In this document: one piece after another, positions 1-8,879 of the stretch
Layout of the letters: every line of letters starts with the position of its first letter
Numbering within the stretch: the first letter of the stretch is position 1
NCBI GenBank assembly: GCA_030526225.1
Contig: JAUNDF010000012.1
Location: forward strand, 1 to 32,000
Direction: 5' to 3'
DNA: 32,000 nucleotides
From: Clostridia bacterium
Lineage (GTDB): Bacteria > Bacillota > Clostridia > Christensenellales > Aristaeellaceae
Notes under the pieces: generated by a model
Databases searched by the model: none
The model's input: only the letters and a program-made list of their open reading frames with translations
Told to the model about the DNA's origin: nothing
Translations under genes and position numbers: made by a program

Positions 1-592
1 TCAGAAATTCCCGCTTAACCAGAGGGGTTGAGGGGCTTAAGTTGACGGCATTGCCGTCAATGGTCAGGCGGACATGCACGGGCTTGTAGAGCACGATGGC
101 TTTCACCACCCCGATGAGATAGGGCAGCATGCCGCGGAACTTCTTTTTTGCCTCCTGCATGTTTTCCAGCACCGTCACATCAAAGCCGGTGCCGCATACA
201 TTGATAAAGGCGCGGTCATTCATGGAGCCGAAATCCACCGGTCGGGCCTTGTGCTTCAGGATGAAATCCAGCGCCTGCTCCGGATCCCTGGGGATGCCCA
301 CGGACTTGATAAAGTCGTTGCCTGTCCCCGCCGGAATGATGCCCAGCGCCGTGTCCGTATCAGCCAGACCACAGGCAACCTCAAAGGCGGTACCGTCACC
401 GCCCACGGCAACAACCGCATCGCTGTCATTGCTTTGCGCCGCTTCCCGCGCAAGCGCTGTGGCATGGCCGGGCCTGTCGGTATGGAGAATGCGGTGAGCG
501 ATGCGTTTGCTTTCCAGCAGACTGCGAAGGCGCTGCTCCACCTTCAGCGCATAGCCGGTTCCGGCGGTGGGGTTGACAATCAATGTGAGCAT
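1..592 (-). CDS. diacylglycerol/lipid kinase family protein (DAGK catalytic domain); C-terminal part lies beyond the window edge
   Basis: Reverse translation from the ATG at 592-590 gives MLTLIVNPTAGTGYALK...AVGGDGT...IIPAGTGNDF. These are N-terminal signatures of YegS/BmrU/DagK-type lipid kinases. I checked for in-frame stops down to position 1 and found none. The ORF is open-ended, so it is absent from the ORF track. Confidence 0.8.
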   Translation of the reverse strand, partial: MLTLIVNPTAGTGYALKVEQRLRSLLESKRIAHRILHTDRPGHATALAREAAQSNDSDAVVAVGGDGTAFEVACGLADTDTALGIIPAGTGNDFIKSVGIPRDPEQALDFILKHKARPVDFGSMNDRAFINVCGTGFDVTVLENMQEAKKKFRGMLPYLIGVVKAIVLYKPVHVRLTIDGNAVNLSPSTPLVKREFL

Positions 593-664
593 GGCGGTTC
601 ATCCCTCATAAAAGATACGCCCAGCCTTCCGCTGAGCGTATCGGAATCGTTATGGTTTTATCTC

Positions 665-2197
665 TTATTCGGCAAAGCCAACGCTTGTCAGGAAGCGCTT
701 CATGCCGGCAATGCCGTTTCCATCCTGCTTGAACACACCGGCATCTGCCAGCACCTGTGCGCAGACATCGGCAATCTCCTTGCGGAGGATGGCGCGGCTT
801 TCCTCGCGGTCGGCATGGATGCCGTTGCGGGCCACCACATCCTCCAGCCAGTCGAAGTGCTTCTCGCAGGGATCGGCGGCATCGGGGCGAACCATGGGCT
901 TTTCGCCGGTCATGTAGTCGCACAGCAGCTCGATTTCCGTCTTCAGACGGCCGGGCAGAATGAACAGGCCCATCACCTCAATCAGGCCGATGTTTTCCTT
1001 CTTGATGTGGTGCAGAGGGGCATGGGGATGGAAGATGCCCAGGGGATGCTCCTCGCTGGTGCGGTTGTTGCGCAGCACCAGTGCCAGACGATAGGTATCA
1101 CCCTGCTTGCGGGCAATGGGGGTGATGGTGTTGTGGGGGTTGCCCTCCGTCTCGGCATACACATCACATGCGGGGTCGGAGTAGCCCTGCCATGCCTTCA
1201 GCACGGTTTCAGCCAGATCGATAATCTTCTCCGGCTCCTTGCCCTCCAGCACCAGACAGGACATGGGCCAATCCAGCACGGAGGCCTTGACACCGGCAAC
1301 AGGGCTGGTCATCTCAAACTTCACAGGCGCCTTGTCCATGGGGAAGGAATAATTGCCGCCCTGGAAGTGGTCATGGCTGAGGATGGAGCCGCCCACGATG
1401 GGCAGGTCGGCGTTGCTGCCCAGCATGTAGTGGGGGAACTGACCCACGAAATCGAACAGACGGCAGAAGGTGCCGCGGTCAATCTTCATGGGCACATGCT
1501 TGCTGTTGAACACGATGCAGTGCTCGGAATAGTAGGCATAGGGAGAATACTGGATGAACCAGTCGGCGCCATCCAGCTTGATGGGTACAATGCGGTGGTT
1601 CTGCCGGGCAGGGAAATTGCTGCGGCCTGCATAGCCGGGATTCTCCACGCACAGCATGCACTTGGGATAGCCGATGGAGGGGGCATTCTTCAGCTTGGCG
1701 ATTTCCTTGGGGTCCTTTTCAGGCTTGGACAGGTTGATGGTGATTTCCAGCTCGCCGGCCTTGGTCTGCTCAAAGAAGCGTACATTCTGGGCGATGGCAT
1801 CCACCTTGATGTAGTCGCTGTCGCGGCACATGTTGTAGAAATCATCCGTGGCCTTGCGGGCATCACCGGCGGCTACGGCATCGCTGAAGCTGCGGCGCAC
1901 CATGGCCGGAGAGGGCGTTACACAGCCCATCACCCGGGCTGAGAACAGCTCGCGCTCGTAGCTCATCTCCCCGATGAGGCCCTTCTCCTGTGCAAGGTCA
2001 CACAGCGCACCCACCAGCAGCGTGGCGGTTTCGTTCATGGTGTCTTCCGTCTGCACCTCGCAGGGCAGCTCCATGCCCATCACGTCCAGCAGAAGATTGC
2101 GGCAATAAGGCACATCCACGGATTCAATCAGATTTTTTCTTTCAGCATACATCAGCAGCTGCTCAATAGCAATAGAGGCGCGTTCTTCCCAATTCAT
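665..2197 (-). CDS. galT: UDP-glucose--hexose-1-phosphate uridylyltransferase (galactose-1-phosphate uridylyltransferase, long Firmicutes type)
   Basis: The 510 aa ORF has the length and motifs of family-2 GalT (..SILSHDHFQGG.., GYPKCMLCVEN). The stop is TAA. Confidence 0.9.
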   Translation of the reverse strand: MNWEERASIAIEQLLMYAERKNLIESVDVPYCRNLLLDVMGMELPCEVQTEDTMNETATLLVGALCDLAQEKGLIGEMSYERELFSARVMGCVTPSPAMVRRSFSDAVAAGDARKATDDFYNMCRDSDYIKVDAIAQNVRFFEQTKAGELEITINLSKPEKDPKEIAKLKNAPSIGYPKCMLCVENPGYAGRSNFPARQNHRIVPIKLDGADWFIQYSPYAYYSEHCIVFNSKHVPMKIDRGTFCRLFDFVGQFPHYMLGSNADLPIVGGSILSHDHFQGGNYSFPMDKAPVKFEMTSPVAGVKASVLDWPMSCLVLEGKEPEKIIDLAETVLKAWQGYSDPACDVYAETEGNPHNTITPIARKQGDTYRLALVLRNNRTSEEHPLGIFHPHAPLHHIKKENIGLIEVMGLFILPGRLKTEIELLCDYMTGEKPMVRPDAADPCEKHFDWLEDVVARNGIHADREESRAILRKEIADVCAQVLADAGVFKQDGNGIAGMKRFLTSVGFAE

Positions 2198-2252
2198 AAG
2201 AAAGCCCTTCCCTTCCCGAGGACATTTGTCCTGATGATAACATTCTTATTAT

Positions 2253-2281
2253 ATTATAATCTATGCCGTTTTTGCTGTCAA
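2253..2281 (-). promoter_or_regulatory. sigma-A type promoter for galT (TTGACA-N17-TATAAT)
   Basis: The reverse strand reads TTGACAgcaaaaacggcatagatTATAAT, with consensus hexamers and 17-nt spacing, about 55 nt upstream of the galT ATG. Confidence 0.55.
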
Positions 2282-2304
2282 CGCCGGATTGCTTTTCCGC
2301 ATCC

Positions 2305-2341
2305 CGCAAAACAGGACCGGCACCCTTTCGGATACCGGCCC
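2305..2341 (-). terminator. intrinsic terminator after dapB
   Basis: The reverse strand reads GGCCGGUAuccgaaagggUGCCGGUCC followed by UGUUUUG, immediately after the dapB stop. Confidence 0.5.
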
Positions 2342-2350
2342 TTAATAAAT

Positions 2351-3100
2351 TTACAGTTCGCCGATGACATCGTCCATGTTATACAGGCCCGGTTCACGGC
2401 CGGCCATATAAGCGGCGGCACGAAGCGCACCGGTGGCAAACAGGGAGCGGTTTTCAGCACTGTGACTGATGGAAATGCGCTCGCTGGCACCGAGGAACAT
2501 CACCTCATGCTCACCAGTCACCGTACCGCCGCGCACGGCATGGATGCCGATTTCGTTGGGCTTGCGCTTGCTGTCGCGGCCATGGCGGGAGCACATCATT
2601 TCCAGCTCCTCATCCCGGGCAGATTTCACCGCATCGGCCAGCATCAAAGCTGTGCCGCTGGGGGCATCCACCTTGCGGTTGTGGTGCATCTCCACAATTT
2701 CCACATCGTAGTCACTGCCCAGCACCTTGGCGGCCTTTTTGCACAGGCTGCACAGCAGGGCAATGCCGAGGCTCATGTTGCCGGAGCGGAACACCGCCAC
2801 CTTCTCAGAGGCCTCGCGAATCTTCTCCAGCTGTTCATCGGTATAGCCAGTAGTGCACAGCACAGCCGGGATGTTGTTGCTGACAGCATAGCGGAGGATG
2901 CTGTCCAGGCTGTCGGGGCGGGAAAAATCGATGATGACATCGCCCGTCACAGGGGCTTCGTCAAAGCTGCGGTACAGGGGGAAGGCGCAATCGCCCTGAG
3001 CCACATCAATGCCGCCGACAATTTCAATGCTTTCCTTTTCGGCTCTTGATGCCACTTCGCGGCCCATAAAGCCCAGCGCACCGCTGATCCAGATTTTCAT
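2351..3100 (-). CDS. dapB: 4-hydroxy-tetrahydrodipicolinate reductase
   Basis: The 249 aa ORF starts MKIWISGALGFMGREV (an N-terminal Rossmann GxxGxxG) and contains ..EIVEMHHNRKVDAPSGTA.., typical of DapB. It lies next to dapA and asd. The stop is TAA. Confidence 0.9.
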   Translation of the reverse strand: MKIWISGALGFMGREVASRAEKESIEIVGGIDVAQGDCAFPLYRSFDEAPVTGDVIIDFSRPDSLDSILRYAVSNNIPAVLCTTGYTDEQLEKIREASEKVAVFRSGNMSLGIALLCSLCKKAAKVLGSDYDVEIVEMHHNRKVDAPSGTALMLADAVKSARDEELEMMCSRHGRDSKRKPNEIGIHAVRGGTVTGEHEVMFLGASERISISHSAENRSLFATGALRAAAYMAGREPGLYNMDDVIGEL

Positions 3101-3112
3101 GGCAGTTGCTCC

Positions 3113-3994
3113 TTAAATCAGATTCAGTTCCTGCATGATGGCATACAGGTTGGCACGGGTGTTATCCTGCATGGGCACCAGCGGCAGACGCAGTTCTTCC
3201 TCGCACCAGCCCAGCTTGCTCATGGCAGCCTTAACGGGGATGGGGCTGGTTTCGCTGAACAGGGCACGGATGAAGGGCAGCAGCTTCAGCTGCATGGCAG
3301 ATGCGGCGTGGTAGTTGTTCTCCAGCGCCAGATTGCACATCTTCACCGTTTCGGCGGGCATCACGTTGCTCAGCACGGAGATTACACCCTGGAAGCCGCA
3401 GGACATCAGGGGGACAATCAGGTCATCATTGCCGGAATAGAAGGCCACCTTGTCACCGCAGACGCGGACCTTGTCCATGGCCTCGCCCACATTGTCGTTG
3501 GCTTCCTTCACGGCGATGATGTTGGGGTGAGCCACAATTTCCTTCAGGGCGTTGACACCCAGATTGAGACCGGTGCGGCTGGGCACATTGTACACGATGA
3601 CAGGCAGGTCAGCCGCATCGGCGATGGCGTTGAAGTGTGCCACCAGACCGGCCTGACTGGTCTTGTTGTAATAGGGGGTCACCACCAGCTGGGCAGCGGC
3701 ACCGGTGTCGCTGGCAAACTTGGCAGCCTCGATGGCTTCGGCGGTGGAGTTGCTGCCGGTACCGGCAATCACAGGCACACGGCCGTCTGCGCGCTTGACG
3801 ATGCGCTTGATGACATTCAGGTGTTCTTCCCAGGTCATGGTGGCAGGCTCGCCGGTGGTGCCGGCGGCAACCAGGGCGGCAATGCCATTTTCAATCTGAT
3901 TGTCAACGATGCGGTCCAGTGCATCCCAGTCAACAGAACCGTTCTTAAAGGGAGTAATGAGGGCAGTTGCACATCCGGTAAACAAAGGATTCAT
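3113..3994 (-). CDS. dapA: 4-hydroxy-tetrahydrodipicolinate synthase
   Basis: The ORF shows DapA family similarity (FTGCATALITPF.., GTTGE, YNVPSRTG). I placed the start at ATG 3994 because AAGGAGG lies 7 nt upstream. The track ORF extends to 4048 without an RBS. The stop is TAA. Confidence 0.9.
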   Translation of the reverse strand: MNPLFTGCATALITPFKNGSVDWDALDRIVDNQIENGIAALVAAGTTGEPATMTWEEHLNVIKRIVKRADGRVPVIAGTGSNSTAEAIEAAKFASDTGAAAQLVVTPYYNKTSQAGLVAHFNAIADAADLPVIVYNVPSRTGLNLGVNALKEIVAHPNIIAVKEANDNVGEAMDKVRVCGDKVAFYSGNDDLIVPLMSCGFQGVISVLSNVMPAETVKMCNLALENNYHAASAMQLKLLPFIRALFSETSPIPVKAAMSKLGWCEEELRLPLVPMQDNTRANLYAIMQELNLI

Positions 3995-4088
3995 AGCCGG
4001 TCCTCCTTGGACTGTATCAATTGCGAAGGTTCCCGAAAGGCTGTTCACCCATCGGGAACCCCGGGGTTATGCTGGATTTGTTTTTGTA

Positions 4089-5186
4089 TCAGGCGCGGTG
4101 CTCGATATAGCCCTTGGCGCACAGCAGCTCGGCAGTCAGGATGCCGCCGCCGGCAGCGCCGCGGACCGTGTTGTGGCTGAGGCACACAAACTTGTAATCG
4201 AAGATGGTATCCTCCCGCAGGCGGCCGATGGACACGCCGAAGCCGTTCTGGAAGTCACGATCCAGACGGGTCTGGGGACGGGTGGGATCCTCAAAATACT
4301 GCAGGAAGGGCTTGGGTGCGCTGGGCAGGTTCAGGCGCTGGGCCTCGGTCTCGAAGTTGTTCCAGCGAGCCAGAATCTCTTCCTTGGTGGGCTTGTTCTT
4401 GAAGGAAACGGACACGGCAGCCATGTGGCCGTCGCTGGCGGCTACACGCAGGCACTGGGCGGAAATCACGGGGGCCTTGGCGTTGACAATCACGCGGCCC
4501 TCCTCGGTATCCTCCACCTTGCCCCAAATCTTGAGGGGCTCCTGCTCGCTCTTCTCATCCTCACCGCCAATGTAGGGAATCACGTTATCCACCATATCAG
4601 GCCAGGTCTTGAAGGTCTTGCCGGCGCCGCTGATGGCCTGATAGGTGCACACGCTGATCTTTTCGGGCTCAAAGTCCATCAGGGGGGTCAGGGCGGGGAC
4701 ATAGCTCTGGATGGAGCAGTTGGGCTTTACGGCAATGAAGCCCTTCTTGCAGCCCAAACGCTTGCGCTGGGTCTCGATGACCTCAATGTGGGCGGCATTC
4801 AGCTCCGGCACCACCATGGGCACATCCTTCACGCCGCGGCAGGCGCTGTTGTTGGAAACCACGGGAATCTCGTGCTTGGCGTAGTTTTCCTCCAGGGCGC
4901 GGATTTCGTCCTTCTTCATATCCACGGCGCAGAAGACAAAGTCCACCTGCTTGCCCATGGCATCAATATCGTTTGCATCCACAATGACCATGTCGCGCAC
5001 GCCTTCGGGGATGGGCCAATCGAAGGCCCAGCGGCCTTCCACCGCCTCGGCATAGGTCTTGCCGGCACTGCGGGCAGATGCAGCCAAAGCCGTAATCTTA
5101 AACCAGGGATGGCCCTGCAGCAAAGAAATGAAGCGCTGACCCACCATGCCGGTGGCACCAACGATACCAACACGATACTGTTCCAT
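4089..5186 (-). CDS. asd: aspartate-semialdehyde dehydrogenase
   Basis: The ORF reads MEQYRVGIVGATGMVGQRF... and contains NCSIQ with the active-site Cys context. I placed the start at ATG 5186, preceded by GAAGGAGAG. The stop is TGA. Confidence 0.9.
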   Translation of the reverse strand: MEQYRVGIVGATGMVGQRFISLLQGHPWFKITALAASARSAGKTYAEAVEGRWAFDWPIPEGVRDMVIVDANDIDAMGKQVDFVFCAVDMKKDEIRALEENYAKHEIPVVSNNSACRGVKDVPMVVPELNAAHIEVIETQRKRLGCKKGFIAVKPNCSIQSYVPALTPLMDFEPEKISVCTYQAISGAGKTFKTWPDMVDNVIPYIGGEDEKSEQEPLKIWGKVEDTEEGRVIVNAKAPVISAQCLRVAASDGHMAAVSVSFKNKPTKEEILARWNNFETEAQRLNLPSAPKPFLQYFEDPTRPQTRLDRDFQNGFGVSIGRLREDTIFDYKFVCLSHNTVRGAAGGGILTAELLCAKGYIEHRA

Positions 5187-5204
5187 GTTTCTACTCTCCT
5201 TCTT

Positions 5205-5432
5205 TATAAAAAACACCGCGAGCAGAGCCGGCGGTGTTGTACACAGACATACAAAGTCATTTGATATCAGCACTCCGCCGGGCAATCGCCCGATGACAGC
5301 CGCACGGGTATTCCCCGGGCGTCCAAGTCACAGATGCGGGCCATCTGCGCTTTCGGCATCATTCCCTTTCCCTGCCGCTCTCCGGGCTTCCCGGCCCTCC
5401 CTGCAGGTACTTTTGTCTGATGCGCCTCTGAC
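5205..5432 (-). promoter_or_regulatory. lysine riboswitch (L-box) with terminator expression platform, leader of asd-dapA-dapB
   Basis: The reverse strand contains the L-box hallmarks in order: AGAGGCGC, GGGAG, GCCGAAAG, CUGUCA and GGAGUGCU. These are followed by the hairpin ACACCGCcggcucugcucGCGGUGU plus UUUUUU (about 5205-5240), just before the asd RBS. Confidence 0.8.
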
Positions 5433-5457
5433 AAAACATATATTCAGTTCCATGGGT

Positions 5458-5487
5458 ATATTACCATGATGCAGGCCGCGTTGTCAA
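5458..5487 (-). promoter_or_regulatory. promoter for the L-box/asd operon (TTGACA-N18-TAATAT, with TG at the extended -10)
   Basis: The reverse strand reads TTGACAacgcggcctgcatcatggTAATAT, about 25 nt upstream of the L-box start. Confidence 0.5.
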
Positions 5488-5540
5488 CCAAAGGAATCGC
5501 CGCGGCCATTGTTCTTTTTCTGTATGGTCTTTTCAGGCAT

Positions 5541-7010
5541 TTACCCTGCCAGATGAAGGGTTTGAATCAGCAGCAGGAAGGCCAGCCCATAGTAGCTGAC
5601 CACAGCCACCAGGTCATTGACGGTGGTAATCAGCGGACCGGAGGCCACAGCCGGGTCAACGCCCACCTTCTGGAAGAACATGGGGATGCAGGTGCCGGTG
5701 ATGCTGGAAACGGTCATGGCCAGCATCATGGCCAGCCCGATGCACCCGGATACCGCAAAGCTGAAGCCCAGAGAGTAATCCTTGGTGAAGTTGATATACA
5801 ATCCGCAGAAAACCACGGAAATCAGGCCCATCAGGAAGCCGCAGGTCAGGCCCGTCCGCGCTTCCTTCAGCATGAAGGCGAATTTCTGCCTGCCGGTCAG
5901 GTCGGTTTCATCACTCAAAACGCGGATGGTCACCGCCAGGGACTGGGTGCCTACGTTGCCGGCCATATCCAGCACCAGTGACTGGAAGGCCACCACCACT
6001 GCCAGCTTGGCCACCACCGGTTCAAACAAGCCCACCACAGTGGATACCAGCAGGCTGAGAACCATCAGCACCAGCAGCCACGGCACGCGCTTTTTCAGCG
6101 ACTGCACCAGCGGCTCCTTCAGGTCTTCCTCTGCGGTCAGGCCGCCCAAACGAGCGTAGTCTTCGCCCAGTTCTTCGTCAACGGCCTCCACCAGGTCCTG
6201 TGCGGTGATAACGCCCAGCAGCTTTTTGTCCTTGTCCAGCACGGGGATGGAGTCCTCGCTGTATTCCTTCAGTTCCTCCATGCACTCAGCCATGGTTTCC
6301 GCGGCGTACACAAAGGGGTAGGAGGTGATAATCAGCGTTTCAAGATCCATCCATTCCCGGGCCATGAACAGGCTTTGCAGCGTAATGGCGCCGTAGAAGG
6401 TGCGGTCCTTTTCCAATACGTAGATGGTCATCAGGTTGTCGTTGTCAGCCGCCTGCTCCACCACTGCCTTCATGGCCTGCCGGATGGTGCTGCCCCGGGG
6501 CACGGCGATGTAGTTGGTGGTCATCCGGGCACCGATTTCATCCTCGTCGAAGGACTCAATCATGGCGATGTCCCGGCGGCTTTCGGCATCCATGCGGAGG
6601 AAGATTTCCTGCTTCTGCTCTTCGTCCAGCTCATCCAGAATGTCCACAGCATCGTCGGCGTCCATGTTTTCCAGCACGTCGGCGGCCTGCTCCACATCCA
6701 TTTCCGCCAGATACTCACCGGCATCCTCGGCGTAGGCGATAACCTCGGATACCGTTTCGGCATCCATCAAATCATACAGCTGCTGGCGTTCCTCAGGTGT
6801 CAGCAGCTCCAGAGCGGAGGCGATGTCATTTTCGTGGTAATCGCCCAGCCGCTCCTTCTTTTCCGCTTCCGGCAGATCGCTGCGGAGGATTTCAACCAGC
6901 TCGTGCTCGTAGTCGGGGCGCTCGAAGGCTTCTTCCTCTTCTTCCTCCTCCAGCTTGTTCTCTTCCTCGTTGTCGAACAGCTCGTCCTGAATCTTTTCGT
7001 TTTCATCCAT
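5541..7010 (-). CDS. mgtE: magnesium transporter MgtE (copy 1, intact)
   Basis: The 489 aa ORF has an acidic N-terminus, an MgtE-N domain, tandem CBS domains and a C-terminal MgtE membrane domain (..DMAGNVGTQSLAV.., PLITTVNDL). The RBS AAGGAGG is present. The stop is TAA. Confidence 0.9.
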   Translation of the reverse strand: MDENEKIQDELFDNEEENKLEEEEEEEAFERPDYEHELVEILRSDLPEAEKKERLGDYHENDIASALELLTPEERQQLYDLMDAETVSEVIAYAEDAGEYLAEMDVEQAADVLENMDADDAVDILDELDEEQKQEIFLRMDAESRRDIAMIESFDEDEIGARMTTNYIAVPRGSTIRQAMKAVVEQAADNDNLMTIYVLEKDRTFYGAITLQSLFMAREWMDLETLIITSYPFVYAAETMAECMEELKEYSEDSIPVLDKDKKLLGVITAQDLVEAVDEELGEDYARLGGLTAEEDLKEPLVQSLKKRVPWLLVLMVLSLLVSTVVGLFEPVVAKLAVVVAFQSLVLDMAGNVGTQSLAVTIRVLSDETDLTGRQKFAFMLKEARTGLTCGFLMGLISVVFCGLYINFTKDYSLGFSFAVSGCIGLAMMLAMTVSSITGTCIPMFFQKVGVDPAVASGPLITTVNDLVAVVSYYGLAFLLLIQTLHLAG

Positions 7011-7032
7011 GGTTGACAGTTCCTCCTTTCCC

Positions 7033-8532
7033 TCAGCCTGCCAGATGCATGCCCTGAATCAGCAGCAGATACACAAGGCCATAATAGGTGACCACAGCCA
7101 CCAGGTCATTCACGGTGGTAATCAGCGGACCTGCAGCTACCGCCGGGTCAACACCCACCTTTTTGAAAAACAAAGGGATGACTGTGCCCATGATGCTGGA
7201 AACCGTCATGGCCACCAGCATGGCAATGCCGATGCAGCCGCTGACCAAAAAGCTGAAGCCCGGCAAATTGCCCTTCAGCAGCCACAGATACAGCCCCACA
7301 AACCCGAAGGACATCAGCCCCAGTATGGCACCGCAGGTGAAGCCGGTGCGACCCTCTTTAAACACAAGACCCAGCTTCTCCTTGCCGGTGATGGCGTATT
7401 CGTCAGCAATCACGCGGATGGTCACTGCCAGAGACTGGGTGCCCACGTTGCCGGCCATGCCCAGAATCATGCTCTGGAAGGCCACCACGGTGGCCAACTG
7501 GGCCACCACGCCCTCAAAGATGCCGGCCACGCTGGATACCAGAAGGCCCAGCAGCATCAGCGTCAGCAGCCACGGTGTGCGTTTTTTCAGGGACTGCAGC
7601 AGCGGCTCCTTCAAATCTTCTTCAGCGGTCAGACCTGCGAAACGGACGTAGTCCTCGCCCATCTCTTCATCCACGACCTCCACCAGGTCCTGAGAGGTAA
7701 TAACGCCCAGCAGGTGCTTTTCCATATCCAGCACAGGGATGGAGTCCTCGCTGTATTCCTTCAGCTGTTCGATGCACTCGCTGATGTTTTCCTTCGCATA
7801 CACAAAGGGGTAGCTGGTCACAATCAGCGATTCCAGATCATCGTGCTCCCGGGCGCAAATCAGGTCCTGCAGGGTGATGGCCCCGTAGAACTCCTCTTCC
7901 CCATCCAAAACATAGATGGTCATCATGTTATCGTTCTCGGCCGCCTGCTCCACCACGGAACGCATAGCCTGACGCACGGTAACCCCCCGACGGATGGTGA
8001 TGTAGTTGGTTGTCATGCGGGAACCAATCTCATCATCATCGTAGGACTGAATCATGGCGATGTCATGGCGAGCCTCCGCATCCATGCGGGCAATGATGGC
8101 CTCCTGCTGTGCCTCATCCAGTTCCTACAGGGTATCGATGGCATCGTCCGCGTCCATGTTTTCCAGAATGTCCGCCGCACGCTCGATGTCCATGCCGGCC
8201 AGATACTCGGCAGGATTTTCAACGTACGCAAACACCTCGGACGCCTTGTCCGGGCCAAGGATGCGGTACAGCTCGTTCCGTTCCTCCGCCGACAAAAGGT
8301 GGAGAATCTGCGCGATATCATTTTCGTGATAATCGTTGAGGCGCTCGTGCTTCTCCCGGTCGGGCAGGTCGCTGCGAATCAGCGCCACAAGCTCCGCATC
8401 GTAGTCAGGGCGCTCCGGGGCTTCCTCTTCCGGCTCCTCCGGCACCTCTGCCGCCGCAATCGGTTCTTCGTCGGTTTCCTCTATATTCGGCTGTTGCTTC
8501 ATCAGTTCTTCTTCGTTTTCAATTTTATTCAT
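7033..8532 (-). CDS. mgtE: magnesium transporter MgtE (copy 2), interrupted by one in-frame TAG at 8125-8127
   Basis: Track ORFs 8125..8577 and 7033..8085 are in the same frame and together align end-to-end with copy 1. The TAG aligns with Asp in ..DAVDILDELDEE.. of copy 1 (here ..DAIDTL*ELDEA..). I placed the start at ATG 8532, which has GGAGG 8 nt upstream. The terminal stop is TGA. Under code 11 this would be a pseudogene. Confidence 0.75.
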
Positions 8533-8580
8533 CCGCTTCGCCTCCGCACTGTCATTTTTCTTCCGGAAAGCAAGCACACC

Positions 8581-8755
8581 AAAACACCCTCGACCGGTAT
8601 GTCAGGGCGTGATTGCGCTTCCACTTGTGACCAATACAGGATAACGAACAGAGCTGCCGGAACCATTTACACCGTTATGCCCGGACAAAAACGGCGGCAG
8701 CGCGTCTTCGTCCTATACTGTCCTGACCGTCCACCCGCTGCCACCTCACTTTCAT
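8581..8755 (-). promoter_or_regulatory. structured 5' leader of the mgtE pair; candidate M-box (Mg2+) riboswitch with terminator
   Basis: The reverse strand has GUGAGG, GACGCGCUGCCGCC..UGUCC, ACGGUGUAAAUGGUUC and ACAAGUGGAAGCGCAAUCACG. These parallel blocks of the B. subtilis ykoK M-box as I remember it. They are followed by the hairpin CCCUGACauaccgGUCgAGGG plus UGUUUU (8581-8607). The match was made by eye only. Confidence 0.45.
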
Positions 8756-8770
8756 TTGCTCATATAGCCA

Positions 8771-8800
8771 ATTATACATTCAATTGCATAAAAAAGTCAA
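8771..8800 (-). promoter_or_regulatory. promoter for the mgtE leader (TTGACT-N18-TATAAT)
   Basis: The reverse strand reads TTGACTtttttatgcaattgaatgTATAAT, immediately upstream of the leader. Confidence 0.55.
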
Positions 8801-8879
8801 ATGATTTTCAGGCATTTGAAAAGGCACGGCAGGAAAAATTTCTTTTACAATTTTCCTGCCGCACCTGTGTCGATTTTCA

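Noticed and set aside
74-1942. Long + strand ORF (622 aa) overlapping the lipid kinase and galT genes
   Set aside because: It is antisense to two genes with clear family homology. Its composition is Gly/Ala/His/Val/Leu-rich and low in complexity, and it has no RBS. This is typical of a GC-driven shadow ORF.
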